Assembly: GCA_043805415.1 (NCBI GenBank)
Contig: JAZDHZ010000027.1
Span: 71,542-135,541 of the forward strand
DNA: 64,000 nt
Source of the DNA: Candidatus Omnitrophota bacterium
GTDB lineage: Bacteria > Omnitrophota > Gorgyraeia > B26-G9
Direction: 5' to 3'
Shown here one piece after another: positions 43,429 to 53,714 of this stretch. Below the pieces are notes generated by a model. That model did no database searches, was not told where the DNA came from, and saw nothing but the letters and a program-made list of their open reading frames with translations. The number at the start of each line of letters is the position of its first letter. Positions within the stretch are counted from its first letter, which is position 1. The translations under genes and the position numbers were made by a program.

Positions 43429-44580
43429 TTACTTTAGGTTAACATCATTATAGATATCATGAATATATATAGAAAAATTTTTACTTAAATCAACTGGCTT
43501 ATTTTGAAGTAATTTTTGCCCATGCGCGTCATGTGTCACTTTAATAACAGGCCTAAGCGGCATCTTTGGGTTTTGGCTTGATACTTTGGCGATTTCCTTA
43601 GTATTAAGCCGAATTATTGTATTTAATGGAAATATACCCACGCAATCAATCAAGGTCTTAAGAAATTTAGGCTCGAATTTATTTTTTTCATTTATAAGAT
43701 CTTTTATTATTTTTAGATACCCTAGTTTTTTTCTATAAGGCCTGGCATGATTCATTGCCTCATAGACATCCACAACCGCGATTAGTCTGGCATATTCACA
43801 TATTTCTTTATCTTTTAATCCGTACGGATATCCTGAGCCGTCAACACGCTCATGCTCTTGGTGAATAACATCAAAAATTTCAAAATCTAAATCTTGAGCG
43901 ATTTTTTTTAAAACATCTTTACCTAAAATTGGATGTTTCTTAATTTCCCAAAAATCATTATCACTGAAACGCGCGGGACGACTGATAAGATTATCAAAAT
44001 TTATCAGGCCAATGTCATGAACAAGCGATGCTAATCCAATTTGTCTAAGACGAGTATGATCATAATTTAAGTCCATTGCCAGCCGCAAACAAAGAATGCA
44101 GACATTTACAGAATGCTGATAAATATACCCCTTTTCAACAGAATACTCCGTGAAAAAAAGTCTTAGTAATTGATTTGGATCATCTTTGAGAAAAGCAATA
44201 AACTGTTTAATTATATCTTCTGCTGCAAGAAAACAGCCTTTTTGCCCATTATCCAAAGGGTTCATTATTCCCTGGACAAAAGAAATTGCCCTTTGATACG
44301 CATCAACTACCTGGGCAGGTTCAGCCTCAGCTTTTTCCTCAATCTCTGAAAAAGTTTCCTCAGTCTTGTCCTGATCAGCAACAACAGTCTCTTGCTGGAT
44401 TACCTCAGGTTCAAGCGGCTTAATTTCAGTTTTTTTTATCCTTAACTCAGGGTTTATTTCTTGCGCTTGCGGCTGTTTTAATTCAATATCAGGAGCAGGC
44501 CGCTCAGATGCCTGAGCCTTACTTACCTTACTCAGCCTGTTTTTTTTTGCCTTTTTAAGAATATCAGATATTTTTAGCAT
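43429..44580 (-). CDS. HD-GYP domain protein (putative cyclic dinucleotide phosphodiesterase)
   Basis: HSVNV, VHDIG, KHP, HERVDGSGYP, DVYEAM..RPYR. Confidence 0.92.
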   Translation of the reverse strand: MLKISDILKKAKKNRLSKVSKAQASERPAPDIELKQPQAQEINPELRIKKTEIKPLEPEVIQQETVVADQDKTEETFSEIEEKAEAEPAQVVDAYQRAISFVQGIMNPLDNGQKGCFLAAEDIIKQFIAFLKDDPNQLLRLFFTEYSVEKGYIYQHSVNVCILCLRLAMDLNYDHTRLRQIGLASLVHDIGLINFDNLISRPARFSDNDFWEIKKHPILGKDVLKKIAQDLDFEIFDVIHQEHERVDGSGYPYGLKDKEICEYARLIAVVDVYEAMNHARPYRKKLGYLKIIKDLINEKNKFEPKFLKTLIDCVGIFPLNTIIRLNTKEIAKVSSQNPKMPLRPVIKVTHDAHGQKLLQNKPVDLSKNFSIYIHDIYNDVNLK

Positions 44581-44629
44581 TTTTGTTTTTTAATATGTCT
44601 CAATTTTTAGTCAGGAATTTTCCTCTCGA

Positions 44630-45259
44630 CTATTGTACTGGTGATTTTTCTTTGCTGATAAATGTAAAATCCTCTGATTCACTGGGAGCTTTTTGTTGAC
44701 TTAAAACACCGCGCATTTCGGTCATATTCTCGTCAATTTCTCCGCGCCAGAAAACAATCTGTCCATTTTCTGAGCTTTGCATAGTTTCCCAAATCGTCAT
44801 TCCATTCTCTTTTATGGTTAAAGTATAATTTGTCGCTGTAAAACCTTTATCACTAAACTGCTGCGAGTAAAATTTATTGTCCTTAAAAATCAGATCATCT
44901 TTTCTGATTTTTCCGCCTCCAGCTATAGGAAAAATCTCGGTATTCCAGCTGGTATTATTAAGATTTTTTCTTACTTTTTCACTCAATGCTTTTGCTTCAA
45001 TTTGTGAAAGATTTGCTTTCTCCTGTGAAGCAACGGGTTTTACTGATTTTTCTTGGGTTACTGGTTTTACTGGTTTTTCCTGGATTACTGGTTTTTCTTG
45101 GATTACTGGATTAGCTTGTTTTTTAGACTCCACCTGAATTTCTTCTGTTTTTTCCTCAGGAGTATCAGATTTTTTCTTACCCCACAAGGCATGTCCGTTT
45201 TGCGCTGTGCTGATTACAAATACTGCGATTAAAACCATACAAAACACTGCTTTTTTCAT
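44630..45259 (-). CDS. Exported hypothetical protein with PV(I/T)QEK repeats
   Basis: Signal peptide; PVIQEK PVIQEK PVKPVTQEK repeats; C-terminal beta-rich domain (DDLIF...WETMQ...WRG). Confidence 0.75.
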   Translation of the reverse strand: MKKAVFCMVLIAVFVISTAQNGHALWGKKKSDTPEEKTEEIQVESKKQANPVIQEKPVIQEKPVKPVTQEKSVKPVASQEKANLSQIEAKALSEKVRKNLNNTSWNTEIFPIAGGGKIRKDDLIFKDNKFYSQQFSDKGFTATNYTLTIKENGMTIWETMQSSENGQIVFWRGEIDENMTEMRGVLSQQKAPSESEDFTFISKEKSPVQ

Positions 45260-45286
45260 ACCGCCCCCTTTTGTTTATAATAAACT

Positions 45287-46261
45287 TTATTTAGCGCCTG
45301 CTTTTCCTTCCCAAGTCTGCCAGGTAAGGATATATCTTTTAACCCAATCAACGTCTTCATCTTCTTTTTTAGTTAACATCAGGAATTTCTGAAACCGATC
45401 AATTGCCTTTGGTCTATCTTCGACATATTCCGCGTAAATAAACCCCAGATTAAAATAAGCTTGCGGGTCATCAGGATTTAATTCAATCGCTTTTTCAAAC
45501 TCAGAAATTGCTCTGGGATATTCTTTATTCTTTGTGTAAAAAACACCCAGGTTATAATGCATAAGGGCTGTCCGCTTTATTAATATTTTATTTTCTCTGG
45601 CAATCTCAGCATATTCCTTTGGCTGACGATTGATTTTGTTTTCTAGCTTTTTATTCGTAGCTACTGATTTCTTATACTTTAATTTTACTTCTTTTATTTG
45701 ATCTCTTAACACCCCGGCTGTTGCTTCCGCCTTAGCTGCTTGATCCACAGACTTTTCAACTTCTTTTTGTATTGTCTTCAGATTGTTCTCAAGCCGAGAT
45801 ATCTCTTTTGCCTGTTCTTTAATTTTTCTATTTAAATCCTCAACAATGATATAGCCAGCTTTGGATTTTGAAAGAGTCTTACGCAATAAATCCCTTTCTT
45901 CCTGTAGCTGAAATTGATCTGCTAATAAATTATCTATTTTAGTTAACAGCTGTTCATTGCTCGCCTGGAGCCGATTGTTAGTACTTTTAAAGGTTTCTTT
46001 TTCCATCTCCCATTGGGCCCGTTCAGCCTCAATTAAACTCAACTGCTCTTTGGCTTGAGTTATTTCATTTTTGTATTGCAAAAGAATCTTCATCTGAGCT
46101 AGTAAATTTTCCCTATCGGTTACAACAGCCTCATATTCTTTCTTTAACGTGCTATAATCTTTATTCGCGTCAGGTTCTCCCTGAGCCTGGCCAAAAGCAA
46201 TTGCTGGCAACAACATCATCACACAAAAGCACACTAGCTTAATTGATTTCATTTTATTCAT
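45287..46261 (-). CDS. Exported coiled-coil protein with C-terminal TPR
   Basis: Signal peptide; HYNLGVFY..AISEFEKAIELNPDDPQAYFNLG. Confidence 0.85.
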   Translation of the reverse strand: MNKMKSIKLVCFCVMMLLPAIAFGQAQGEPDANKDYSTLKKEYEAVVTDRENLLAQMKILLQYKNEITQAKEQLSLIEAERAQWEMEKETFKSTNNRLQASNEQLLTKIDNLLADQFQLQEERDLLRKTLSKSKAGYIIVEDLNRKIKEQAKEISRLENNLKTIQKEVEKSVDQAAKAEATAGVLRDQIKEVKLKYKKSVATNKKLENKINRQPKEYAEIARENKILIKRTALMHYNLGVFYTKNKEYPRAISEFEKAIELNPDDPQAYFNLGFIYAEYVEDRPKAIDRFQKFLMLTKKEDEDVDWVKRYILTWQTWEGKAGAK

Positions 46262-48071
46262 CCTTTAAAGGTTTTAGTGTTGGATAATATGCCTCAGCAT
46301 CTTTGTATTCCGGATATTCTTGATACAATTTTGGTTCTATTTTATGTTGTTTTTCAAACTCAGTCAAATCAGATTCGGTTGTCATTAGATTATAGTCTTT
46401 ATATCCCTTATCCTGATCAATCCCAAAATCTCGTTTATCTCCAGTATCTAATTTGTCTCCTTTTATAATATGAGCCGTAACCATAATCAGTAATTCGCTA
46501 CGGCTTGACCCCTTTGTCCCGGATTTAAACAGCATTCCCAAAATAGGGATCTTTCCTAAAAACGGTACTTCCTGAGAATTATCCGATTTTTCTTCACGGC
46601 ACAACCCGCCAACTGCCACAGTTGCCCCATCTTTTATCATTACGGTTGTCTCTGCAGTTGATGAATCAACAATTGGAATTCGGTTATTTTGCGCTGTGAG
46701 CAAAGTTCCGATCACACTACTTAGATCAGGCTTTATTTTTAAAGTAACATATCCTTCATCATTAATTGTCGGAGTAATATGAAGCTGTAAACCAACATCT
46801 AAAAAAGTTACCTCTTCAGAAACCGTAGTTGTTGTCTGCCCGGCAGTAGTGGTTGTTGTAATATAGGCTTGCCGCTCACCTACATGAATACGCGCCTCCT
46901 GATTATTTGTAACCGCAAGTTTAGGATTGGACAGAATTTTAACAGTCCCTAATGTCTTCAGATACTTTAACATAACATCATAATCATTATTACCCACTAC
47001 TCCAATATGCATTTCACCTGTGCCCACAGTTGGCACACTTGAAGCATAATCAGAAGTTGTTCCGCTAAAAGGGTACGATCCAATATTTCCGGTATCACTA
47101 AGCACCTCAGCTCTTGAACGCCATGCAGCAGTAGTGCTGTTTACCGATGCCAGCGGGGTAGAGCCAAGATAGCTTGTATTCCCGTCTTTATTCGCTAATT
47201 CAAACAGCCCCTCCCATTCAACCCCTTGGCTTAAATCATCAGTAAGCTTTATTTGAATTATTGTGGACTCAATCAATACTTCCCGAGTCTTTTGATCCAG
47301 TTTTTTAATAATCGCTTCAATATCTATCATTCTCTCAGGTAAAGTCTGAACAATAAGCTGATTCGTCCGTTCATCCGCCTTTATCGATCCCACTTTTTTC
47401 ATATCCAGCTGAGTCTTAAGCTGCTTTTCAATATCCTTCGCATTCGCGTACTGCAAATCAAAAACTCTTATCGTACTTTTGAATTCTAACAATTCCAGGG
47501 TTTTAGTTATTTCCACTATTTTTTCTGGTGTATCAAGCACAAGTATGGTTCCGGAATCAGCCTCAACTAATACTTTGCCAATTGTACTTTTTATCGAATC
47601 AATTATGGTATAGGCTTGATCGGGTATAACATATTTCAGGTGAAACACTTTTACCTGACGGATATCATCAAAGCCTTTTCCATAGCGCTGTTTGTATTCT
47701 TTTTCCGTCATTACATTAAAAATTGAACCTATTTTTTCATAAGCTAAACTATTTGACCTGATAACAATCTCAAATATATCTTCCACAGCCGCATCATTAA
47801 TCATTAAAGTTATTCGGCCGGAAACCTCTTTTGTCGGCACAATATTCAAATTAGCTTTTTGGGCAATATATTTAAGAGCATCTTTAACTTCAATATCCCG
47901 CAAGTCAAGAGAAATCAATTCTTTAGCAACCATAAGATTTGAAACAGCCACAGGATTAGCTGCTACTGCCGAGGCATACTCACGTAAAGCTAAAGCAGTT
48001 CCAACAGTATATAATATTGTAACTGTGAAAAAGAAAATAGTCAAAAATATAATAAAAATATATTGTTTCAT
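46254..48071 (-). CDS. Secretin (GspD/PilQ family), copy 2
   Basis: ISLDLRDIEVKDALK (N0), ADERTNQLIV (N3), ILSNPKLAVTNNQEARIHVGE, VPFLGKIPILGMLFK. Confidence 0.93.
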   Translation of the reverse strand: MKQYIFIIFLTIFFFTVTILYTVGTALALREYASAVAANPVAVSNLMVAKELISLDLRDIEVKDALKYIAQKANLNIVPTKEVSGRITLMINDAAVEDIFEIVIRSNSLAYEKIGSIFNVMTEKEYKQRYGKGFDDIRQVKVFHLKYVIPDQAYTIIDSIKSTIGKVLVEADSGTILVLDTPEKIVEITKTLELLEFKSTIRVFDLQYANAKDIEKQLKTQLDMKKVGSIKADERTNQLIVQTLPERMIDIEAIIKKLDQKTREVLIESTIIQIKLTDDLSQGVEWEGLFELANKDGNTSYLGSTPLASVNSTTAAWRSRAEVLSDTGNIGSYPFSGTTSDYASSVPTVGTGEMHIGVVGNNDYDVMLKYLKTLGTVKILSNPKLAVTNNQEARIHVGERQAYITTTTTAGQTTTTVSEEVTFLDVGLQLHITPTINDEGYVTLKIKPDLSSVIGTLLTAQNNRIPIVDSSTAETTVMIKDGATVAVGGLCREEKSDNSQEVPFLGKIPILGMLFKSGTKGSSRSELLIMVTAHIIKGDKLDTGDKRDFGIDQDKGYKDYNLMTTESDLTEFEKQHKIEPKLYQEYPEYKDAEAYYPTLKPLKDE

Positions 48072-48082
48072 GGGTATAAAAA

Positions 48083-50293
48083 TTATTTAACATTTTCCTG
48101 CGCACCCCAGATAAGCAAATATTCCTTTGCTTTCTGCGCATCCTTATCATTAGGAGCCAGAGCAAGATAATGCTTGAAATGAGAAAGCGCTTTTAATTCA
48201 TCAATCAAATATCTTGAATATATAATCCCCAGATTATAATGGGTACTAGCATCCCGATCATTATACTTTAAAGCGTCTTGAAATTCCGACACTGCTTGTG
48301 TGTATTCCTGGCGCTGCGCGTGAAAAACCCCTAAGTTATAATGCAAAGAAGCATTCTGTGAACGCAAATCGCTTAATTCTTTCTCCTGCTTTGATAACCG
48401 CTCCGGCAGGGACTTTATCTGAAGATCAAGATTCTTGTTTTGAGTATCAAGATCACTAATATTCCGCTTCAGCTCATCTATACTATCTGAATATTTAGCG
48501 ATTAACTTAATCTGCTGGTCTTCTTTTTTCTGCCAATCACGCTCTTTTTTATAAAAAATCTGGACTTGTTTAGCTAAACTATCTTTATCTTTTTCAAGCT
48601 TTGCCTGAACCTCTTTCAAAGTATTATATTTATTTTTATTCTCTTCGAGCTGGTTAAGATAGTTTTCTTTATCCTTGTTGGAAAGTTCGTTTTTCTTTTC
48701 CAGTTCTCCGGCAAGTCCTCTAAATTCCTTTAACTCTTCACTCAACTTATTTTTATTCTCTTCCAATTTTACAATATAATCCTGTTCCTTATCCCTAACC
48801 AGCTGCTCAGTAAGATTAAGCTTCTTATCTTTATCTTCTACCTGCTTTTTATAATCCGCGACCAGTGATAGCAGTTCCAGATTTTCATTGGCCATTTTAT
48901 TGTTTTTCTCTTTTAGCATCGTAAGCTCTTCATAGGACTTATTTAAAATCTTATTAAGATTGGTAAATTCGGTTTTAAGGAAATCTATCTCATCATTGGC
49001 AACCTGGATCCCTCCTGCTTCATTAGGATTTAAGCCTTTTGCCGGATCGCCCTTACCATCTAAACTGATTAGTTTGAGTAAAAGCTGTTTTTTCTCATTT
49101 ACCAATCTATCATTTTGGTTCATCAGGTTTTCGTTTTTCTTTCTCAGGTCTAACACATTTGCCTCAAAACTCTTATTACTTTCCGACACCAGTATCTTTT
49201 GCGCTGCTCTTTGCTGCAAAATCTCCTCATCTTTTTGCTGGATCAAAGCCTTCTGGGAAATAATTTGGGCATCTTTATCCTTCACCTGCTGCGCAAAAGA
49301 TTGCAAGTCTGCTTCATACAGCTCTTTCTGATCAGTATATTCTTTACTGTTTTCCTGAAGTTTTGCCAACTCTTCTTTTAGCGATTTTTCTTTCTGAATG
49401 TATTTTTCTGTATAATAGAGTTCCATTTGCTGCAATTGTTCTTGAGCAACCGAGAGTTGTTTTTCTTTTTCCGCGAATTGTTTTTGCGTCTGCGTAAGCT
49501 TATTCTGAAAATCCTGATTATCTGCCTCTATTTGCTGATTTCGATTAACAATAGTCTCGCCTTCTTTTTTCACAAGGATTAATTCATCTTTTAAAGATTT
49601 TTCCCTTTGCTGCATAGCCTCAAGCTGTTTTATGGTCTCTTGCTTTAAATTAGTCAGCTGGTCATTAAACGCTCTTTCTTTTTTATCCAATGTATCTTTA
49701 AGTGTTATTATTTGTTCTGACTGATCTTGATTCTGCTTGGCATATTTTTGTTCAGATTCAGTTTTTTTCCTATTATCTTCTTTAAGCGTTTCCGTTAGTT
49801 TACTTAATTCAGCGATTTGCTCAGTTTCTTTTTGTGATTTCTGAGCATAGTATGCTTCTTTTTTCTCAGAATCTTCCTTTAATCTATTATAATTATTCTT
49901 AAGCTCAGCTTTATTCTCTTCTAATGTACTTATGGCCACTTGCGATTTTGTAAACAGCTGATCTACATTATTAAGCTGCTGTCTGAGCGAAATAATTTCC
50001 CCTTCTTTTGCCGCGATAGCCTGCTCTTTTAAGGCCATCTGTTCGCTAAGAAAATCGTGTTTTGATTTAACCTGTTCATATTGCTTGCTTAAATCATCAT
50101 AAGCCTGCTGCTTAGTTTTCAGATCTTTTGCTAAATTCCCCATGTCTTTAGCGATTTTTTCCACCACACTTGAGACCTCTTCAGCAGCATCCTGGCCTTG
50201 AGATACTGAGCAAACAGTAAGACTCAAAGTAAATATCAGTGCAGAAATAAGCCCCCCACTTCCCCCTATTCCTTGCCATCGAATTTTTTTCAT
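48083..50293 (-). CDS. Exported long coiled-coil protein with C-terminal TPR
   Basis: Signal-like N-terminus, ~600 aa heptads, HYNLGVFH..AVSEFQDAL..THYNLGIIY. Confidence 0.85.
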   Translation of the reverse strand: MKKIRWQGIGGSGGLISALIFTLSLTVCSVSQGQDAAEEVSSVVEKIAKDMGNLAKDLKTKQQAYDDLSKQYEQVKSKHDFLSEQMALKEQAIAAKEGEIISLRQQLNNVDQLFTKSQVAISTLEENKAELKNNYNRLKEDSEKKEAYYAQKSQKETEQIAELSKLTETLKEDNRKKTESEQKYAKQNQDQSEQIITLKDTLDKKERAFNDQLTNLKQETIKQLEAMQQREKSLKDELILVKKEGETIVNRNQQIEADNQDFQNKLTQTQKQFAEKEKQLSVAQEQLQQMELYYTEKYIQKEKSLKEELAKLQENSKEYTDQKELYEADLQSFAQQVKDKDAQIISQKALIQQKDEEILQQRAAQKILVSESNKSFEANVLDLRKKNENLMNQNDRLVNEKKQLLLKLISLDGKGDPAKGLNPNEAGGIQVANDEIDFLKTEFTNLNKILNKSYEELTMLKEKNNKMANENLELLSLVADYKKQVEDKDKKLNLTEQLVRDKEQDYIVKLEENKNKLSEELKEFRGLAGELEKKNELSNKDKENYLNQLEENKNKYNTLKEVQAKLEKDKDSLAKQVQIFYKKERDWQKKEDQQIKLIAKYSDSIDELKRNISDLDTQNKNLDLQIKSLPERLSKQEKELSDLRSQNASLHYNLGVFHAQRQEYTQAVSEFQDALKYNDRDASTHYNLGIIYSRYLIDELKALSHFKHYLALAPNDKDAQKAKEYLLIWGAQENVK

Positions 50294-52107
50294 TCTAAAT
50301 CCTCTTTTTGGAGTTCAATAAAAGATCTTTTGTATGGTTTAAAACTTTTGATTTCCATTCCGCCCAAATCACTCGCCGACGGAGGAGGTAAATATGTTTG
50401 CTGCTCCTGTTTTATTCTATCCACCAGCTCATAATTCTGAGCTGGTTTTATCCCTGGATCCCCAATCATATCACCGTCTGAGGAAACCATTACCTCTCCG
50501 CTTATAATCGTAGGGGTAATCATAATTAATAATTCAGTAACATTTTTAGTATCATTTGTTTTCTGGAATAAAAGGCCGAGTATCGGAATACTGCTTAAAA
50601 AAGGAACTCTTTGTTTAGTTTGCGATTTTTCTTCTCTCCGTAATCCTCCGAGAACAAGCGTTGCCCCGTCTTTAATTAAAGCATTTGTTTCCGCTAAAGA
50701 AGTATCGACAATCGGAATATTATTGCCGGTAGGAGTAACTAAAGTCTGAATTACACTGCTAACCTCAGCCTTTATCTTTAAATCCACAAACCCGTCTTCG
50801 TTAATTCTCGGCACAACATCCATTTGAATACCAATATCGATAAACTGCACATCTTCCGATATTGTACTGGTAGATTGTCCGGTAGTTGTGGTTGTGGTAA
50901 CATATGCCTCACGCGCGCCCACGTGAATTCTTGCTTCTTGATTATTGGTTACCGCGATCTTCGGATTAGATAAAAGTTTTGAAGAAGTAACAGTTTGAAT
51001 ATAAGTTAAAACCATATCCAAATCATTACCACCGATAATACCCACATGCATTTGATTAAGACCAACGATACTGTTACTGCTATTATAAACCGATGTGGTT
51101 CCACTAAACGGATATGAACCAACATTGCCAACATCTTCGTAAACCTGCCGGCGGGAACGCCAATCAGCAGTTGCTGAGCCAACAGAAGAAAATGGAGCAG
51201 AGCCGATATAAGTCAGGCTGTTTGAATCTGAAGCGGCATCAAACAGCCCCTCCCATTCAATCCCTTTATCCAGCGCGTCAGATATCTTGGACTTTACAAT
51301 TTTAACATCAATTAAAACCTGTTTTGTTTTTTTGTCCAAAGCTTTGATCAATTCCGCGATTTCTTCCATTCTTTTCGGAAAGGTCTGGACAATCACTTGA
51401 TTACTCCGCTCATCGGCTTTAATTGATCCCACTTTTTTCCCGGAAAGCCTCTGATTTAAAGTCTCTTCCACAGTCTTAGCATTAGCATAATCCAGCGTAA
51501 ATACCTTTACAATACTTTTTTGTTCAAACTGTTCCAGAAGTTCTTCCATGCGCACAAGATTTTCTTTTGAATCCATACAAAGAATATTTCCCGATTCCTG
51601 ATCAACCAGTATTCTCCCTACTTCACTTTTAACAGCATCAAGCAGATTAAATGCCTGTTCCGGGATCGCATAATTAAGATGAAAAACTTTTACTTTTCGG
51701 ATATCGGAAAAACTTTTTCCATAGATCACTCTATATTCTTCTTGAGTCATAACATTATAGATATCGCCTATTTTATCATAAGCTAAGCCATTTGACCTAA
51801 GCATGATATCAAATACATCCTGTACCGGAACATCTTCAACCACTAAAGTTATCCGTCCCATAACAGATTTTGTGGTTACAATATTAAGTCCGCTTTTTAA
51901 GGAAAAATATTTTAAGGCATCATTAATATCTATTTTTCTTAAATCCAATGAGATTAACCCATCAATGCCCTTGGTTAAAGCCATAATCTTAGGCTGGGGT
52001 GGCGCAATCAAAGCGGTTCCGCTCCCAGCATCTTGTGCTGATAAATAATTAATCTTAAACAGGATAACAATGACAATTAATCCTATTCCAATATTTTTTT
52101 TCCTCAT
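50290..52107 (-). CDS. Secretin (GspD/PilQ family), copy 1
   Basis: ISLDLRKIDINDALK, ADERSNQVIV, LLSNPKIAVTNNQEARIHVG, VPFLSSIPILGLLF. Confidence 0.93.
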   Translation of the reverse strand: MRKKNIGIGLIVIVILFKINYLSAQDAGSGTALIAPPQPKIMALTKGIDGLISLDLRKIDINDALKYFSLKSGLNIVTTKSVMGRITLVVEDVPVQDVFDIMLRSNGLAYDKIGDIYNVMTQEEYRVIYGKSFSDIRKVKVFHLNYAIPEQAFNLLDAVKSEVGRILVDQESGNILCMDSKENLVRMEELLEQFEQKSIVKVFTLDYANAKTVEETLNQRLSGKKVGSIKADERSNQVIVQTFPKRMEEIAELIKALDKKTKQVLIDVKIVKSKISDALDKGIEWEGLFDAASDSNSLTYIGSAPFSSVGSATADWRSRRQVYEDVGNVGSYPFSGTTSVYNSSNSIVGLNQMHVGIIGGNDLDMVLTYIQTVTSSKLLSNPKIAVTNNQEARIHVGAREAYVTTTTTTGQSTSTISEDVQFIDIGIQMDVVPRINEDGFVDLKIKAEVSSVIQTLVTPTGNNIPIVDTSLAETNALIKDGATLVLGGLRREEKSQTKQRVPFLSSIPILGLLFQKTNDTKNVTELLIMITPTIISGEVMVSSDGDMIGDPGIKPAQNYELVDRIKQEQQTYLPPPSASDLGGMEIKSFKPYKRSFIELQKEDLE

Positions 52108-52775
52108 CGCACTTCAACCTCTTCACCTTTATAACGCAAAATAACTCTATCTTTTTGAATGTCATAAACTTTGATATCATCAATCATATAACCCTTTTTA
52201 ACAAAATATGTTTTTTCCAATTCAGGGTTTTCGATTATCGCGTCCGGGTCATCGCCCCAGGAAATACCGACTAATTTCAGATTCTTAGTTAATTCTGCAA
52301 GCGGAGAAACCTTATTTTCCTTTTCTTCTTTAAAATCAACTTCTTTTCTTTTTACATATCCCATTTGAAAAAGATCTCTAACTTCAGCTTTTTGCAAATA
52401 ATACTCTTTTGGCTTTAAAAGTGAAATTGTCTCCGGAGTTTCACTAATTACATTTGCTTGGGCATCTTTACCCACAAGCAACGAAATCCTGTCTGAACCT
52501 TTAATTTCAATACTTATAAATACCGCTAAAGCAACTATTGCGATCCCAATCGCGCATTGCAAAAACAGATTAATCATCTTTAAATCTTGAAATACGCTTT
52601 TATCTGCCCCCCGCCGCTTATGACTAAAACTGTCTTTTAAAAAAGCGATTCTCGCGCGAAAAGACCCAAAGGATAGATATTTGTTTCCCATCTGAACCGG
52701 AGAAGGCATAGCGATCTTATTAATTTTACCTTCAATAATCTCTAATAAACGCTTTTCCGGTGTTTTTTCTGCCAT
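52104..52775 (-). CDS. GspC/PilP-like bitopic protein
   Basis: One TM, RDLF motif, LKLVGISWGDDPDAIIE...FVKKG...V..I..DRVIL. Confidence 0.7.
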   Translation of the reverse strand: MAEKTPEKRLLEIIEGKINKIAMPSPVQMGNKYLSFGSFRARIAFLKDSFSHKRRGADKSVFQDLKMINLFLQCAIGIAIVALAVFISIEIKGSDRISLLVGKDAQANVISETPETISLLKPKEYYLQKAEVRDLFQMGYVKRKEVDFKEEKENKVSPLAELTKNLKLVGISWGDDPDAIIENPELEKTYFVKKGYMIDDIKVYDIQKDRVILRYKGEEVEVR

Positions 52776-52793
52776 ATTTATTAATCCGCTACT

Positions 52794-53654
52794 TTAAACA
52801 ATTACACTTGGCTGTCTGACCCAATGCAATCCTTGTTGAATTTCTTCTTCCACGATTTCTTTGATTAAATCCTCATCAATAACAAATTTATTTCTCATAA
52901 CCAAACGTTTTAGCGCCTTATGACAGAGCATATTCATCCGTCGAGGATACCCCCTTGTGTTTTGATAAATCGCTTTTATTGCTGTATCTAAGAACAGATG
53001 CATATTGGATTTATATCCAGCTTGCCGAATGCGATACTCGATCATTTTGCGAGCTTCGTACTCATCCAAAGGATTTAAGGTAAATTTAAAACTTATTCGA
53101 TCAATAAAATTCGGGATATTAATCAATTTTGAGTGCAATTCCATTTGTCCCAATAATACCAGCTGGAGTAATTTATATTCATTGGTCTCATAATTAAGCA
53201 AAACCCGCAAACACTCTAGGGTCAGTTCATTTAACTTTTGCGCTTCATCAATAATCAGCACAATGGTTTTTCCTTCTTCAACCCCTTTTTGGAATAAAAA
53301 TTTTTCCAATGCCTCTTTGAGGTTAAGAATCCTCGGCCCCTCTTTAGCCACTTCAATATCAAAATTACGCGCAAGCGAAGTAAGAAATATTTCTTCATCA
53401 TTGTACACAGGGTCGAGCATCATATGACAAATAAACCCTTCCTGTGATTTTATCAGCTGATAAAGTTTACGGCTAAGCGTTGTCTTGCCAGTTCCGACAT
53501 CGCCTAAAATAACTCCTAGCCCGCGTTTAAGCCGCAGTTCAATCATTAAATTAGTTAAAGCCATGTCATGCTCTCTTGATTCATAAAAAAACATTGGGTC
53601 AGGACTTGTTGAAAAAGGCTCTTTATCAAATCCTAAAATTTTATAATAGCTCAT
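52794..53654 (-). CDS. ExeA/GspA-family AAA ATPase
   Basis: EPFSTSPDP, GDVGTGKTT, IIDEAQKL, LLGQMEL, TRGYPRRMN.LC. Confidence 0.93.
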   Translation of the reverse strand: MSYYKILGFDKEPFSTSPDPMFFYESREHDMALTNLMIELRLKRGLGVILGDVGTGKTTLSRKLYQLIKSQEGFICHMMLDPVYNDEEIFLTSLARNFDIEVAKEGPRILNLKEALEKFLFQKGVEEGKTIVLIIDEAQKLNELTLECLRVLLNYETNEYKLLQLVLLGQMELHSKLINIPNFIDRISFKFTLNPLDEYEARKMIEYRIRQAGYKSNMHLFLDTAIKAIYQNTRGYPRRMNMLCHKALKRLVMRNKFVIDEDLIKEIVEEEIQQGLHWVRQPSVIV

Positions 53655-53666
53655 AAAATATCCTCG

Positions 53667-53714
53667 AAAAATAAAAGACCATGCCTTATGTCAAAACCCA
53701 TAAAACACAGTCTT
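53667..53714 (-). terminator. Terminator/attenuator-like hairpin just upstream of the exeA RBS
   Basis: 16-bp stem AAGACUGUGUUUUAUG / CAUAAGGCAUGGUCUU (G-U pairs close only on the minus strand), followed by UUAUUUUU. Confidence 0.65.
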
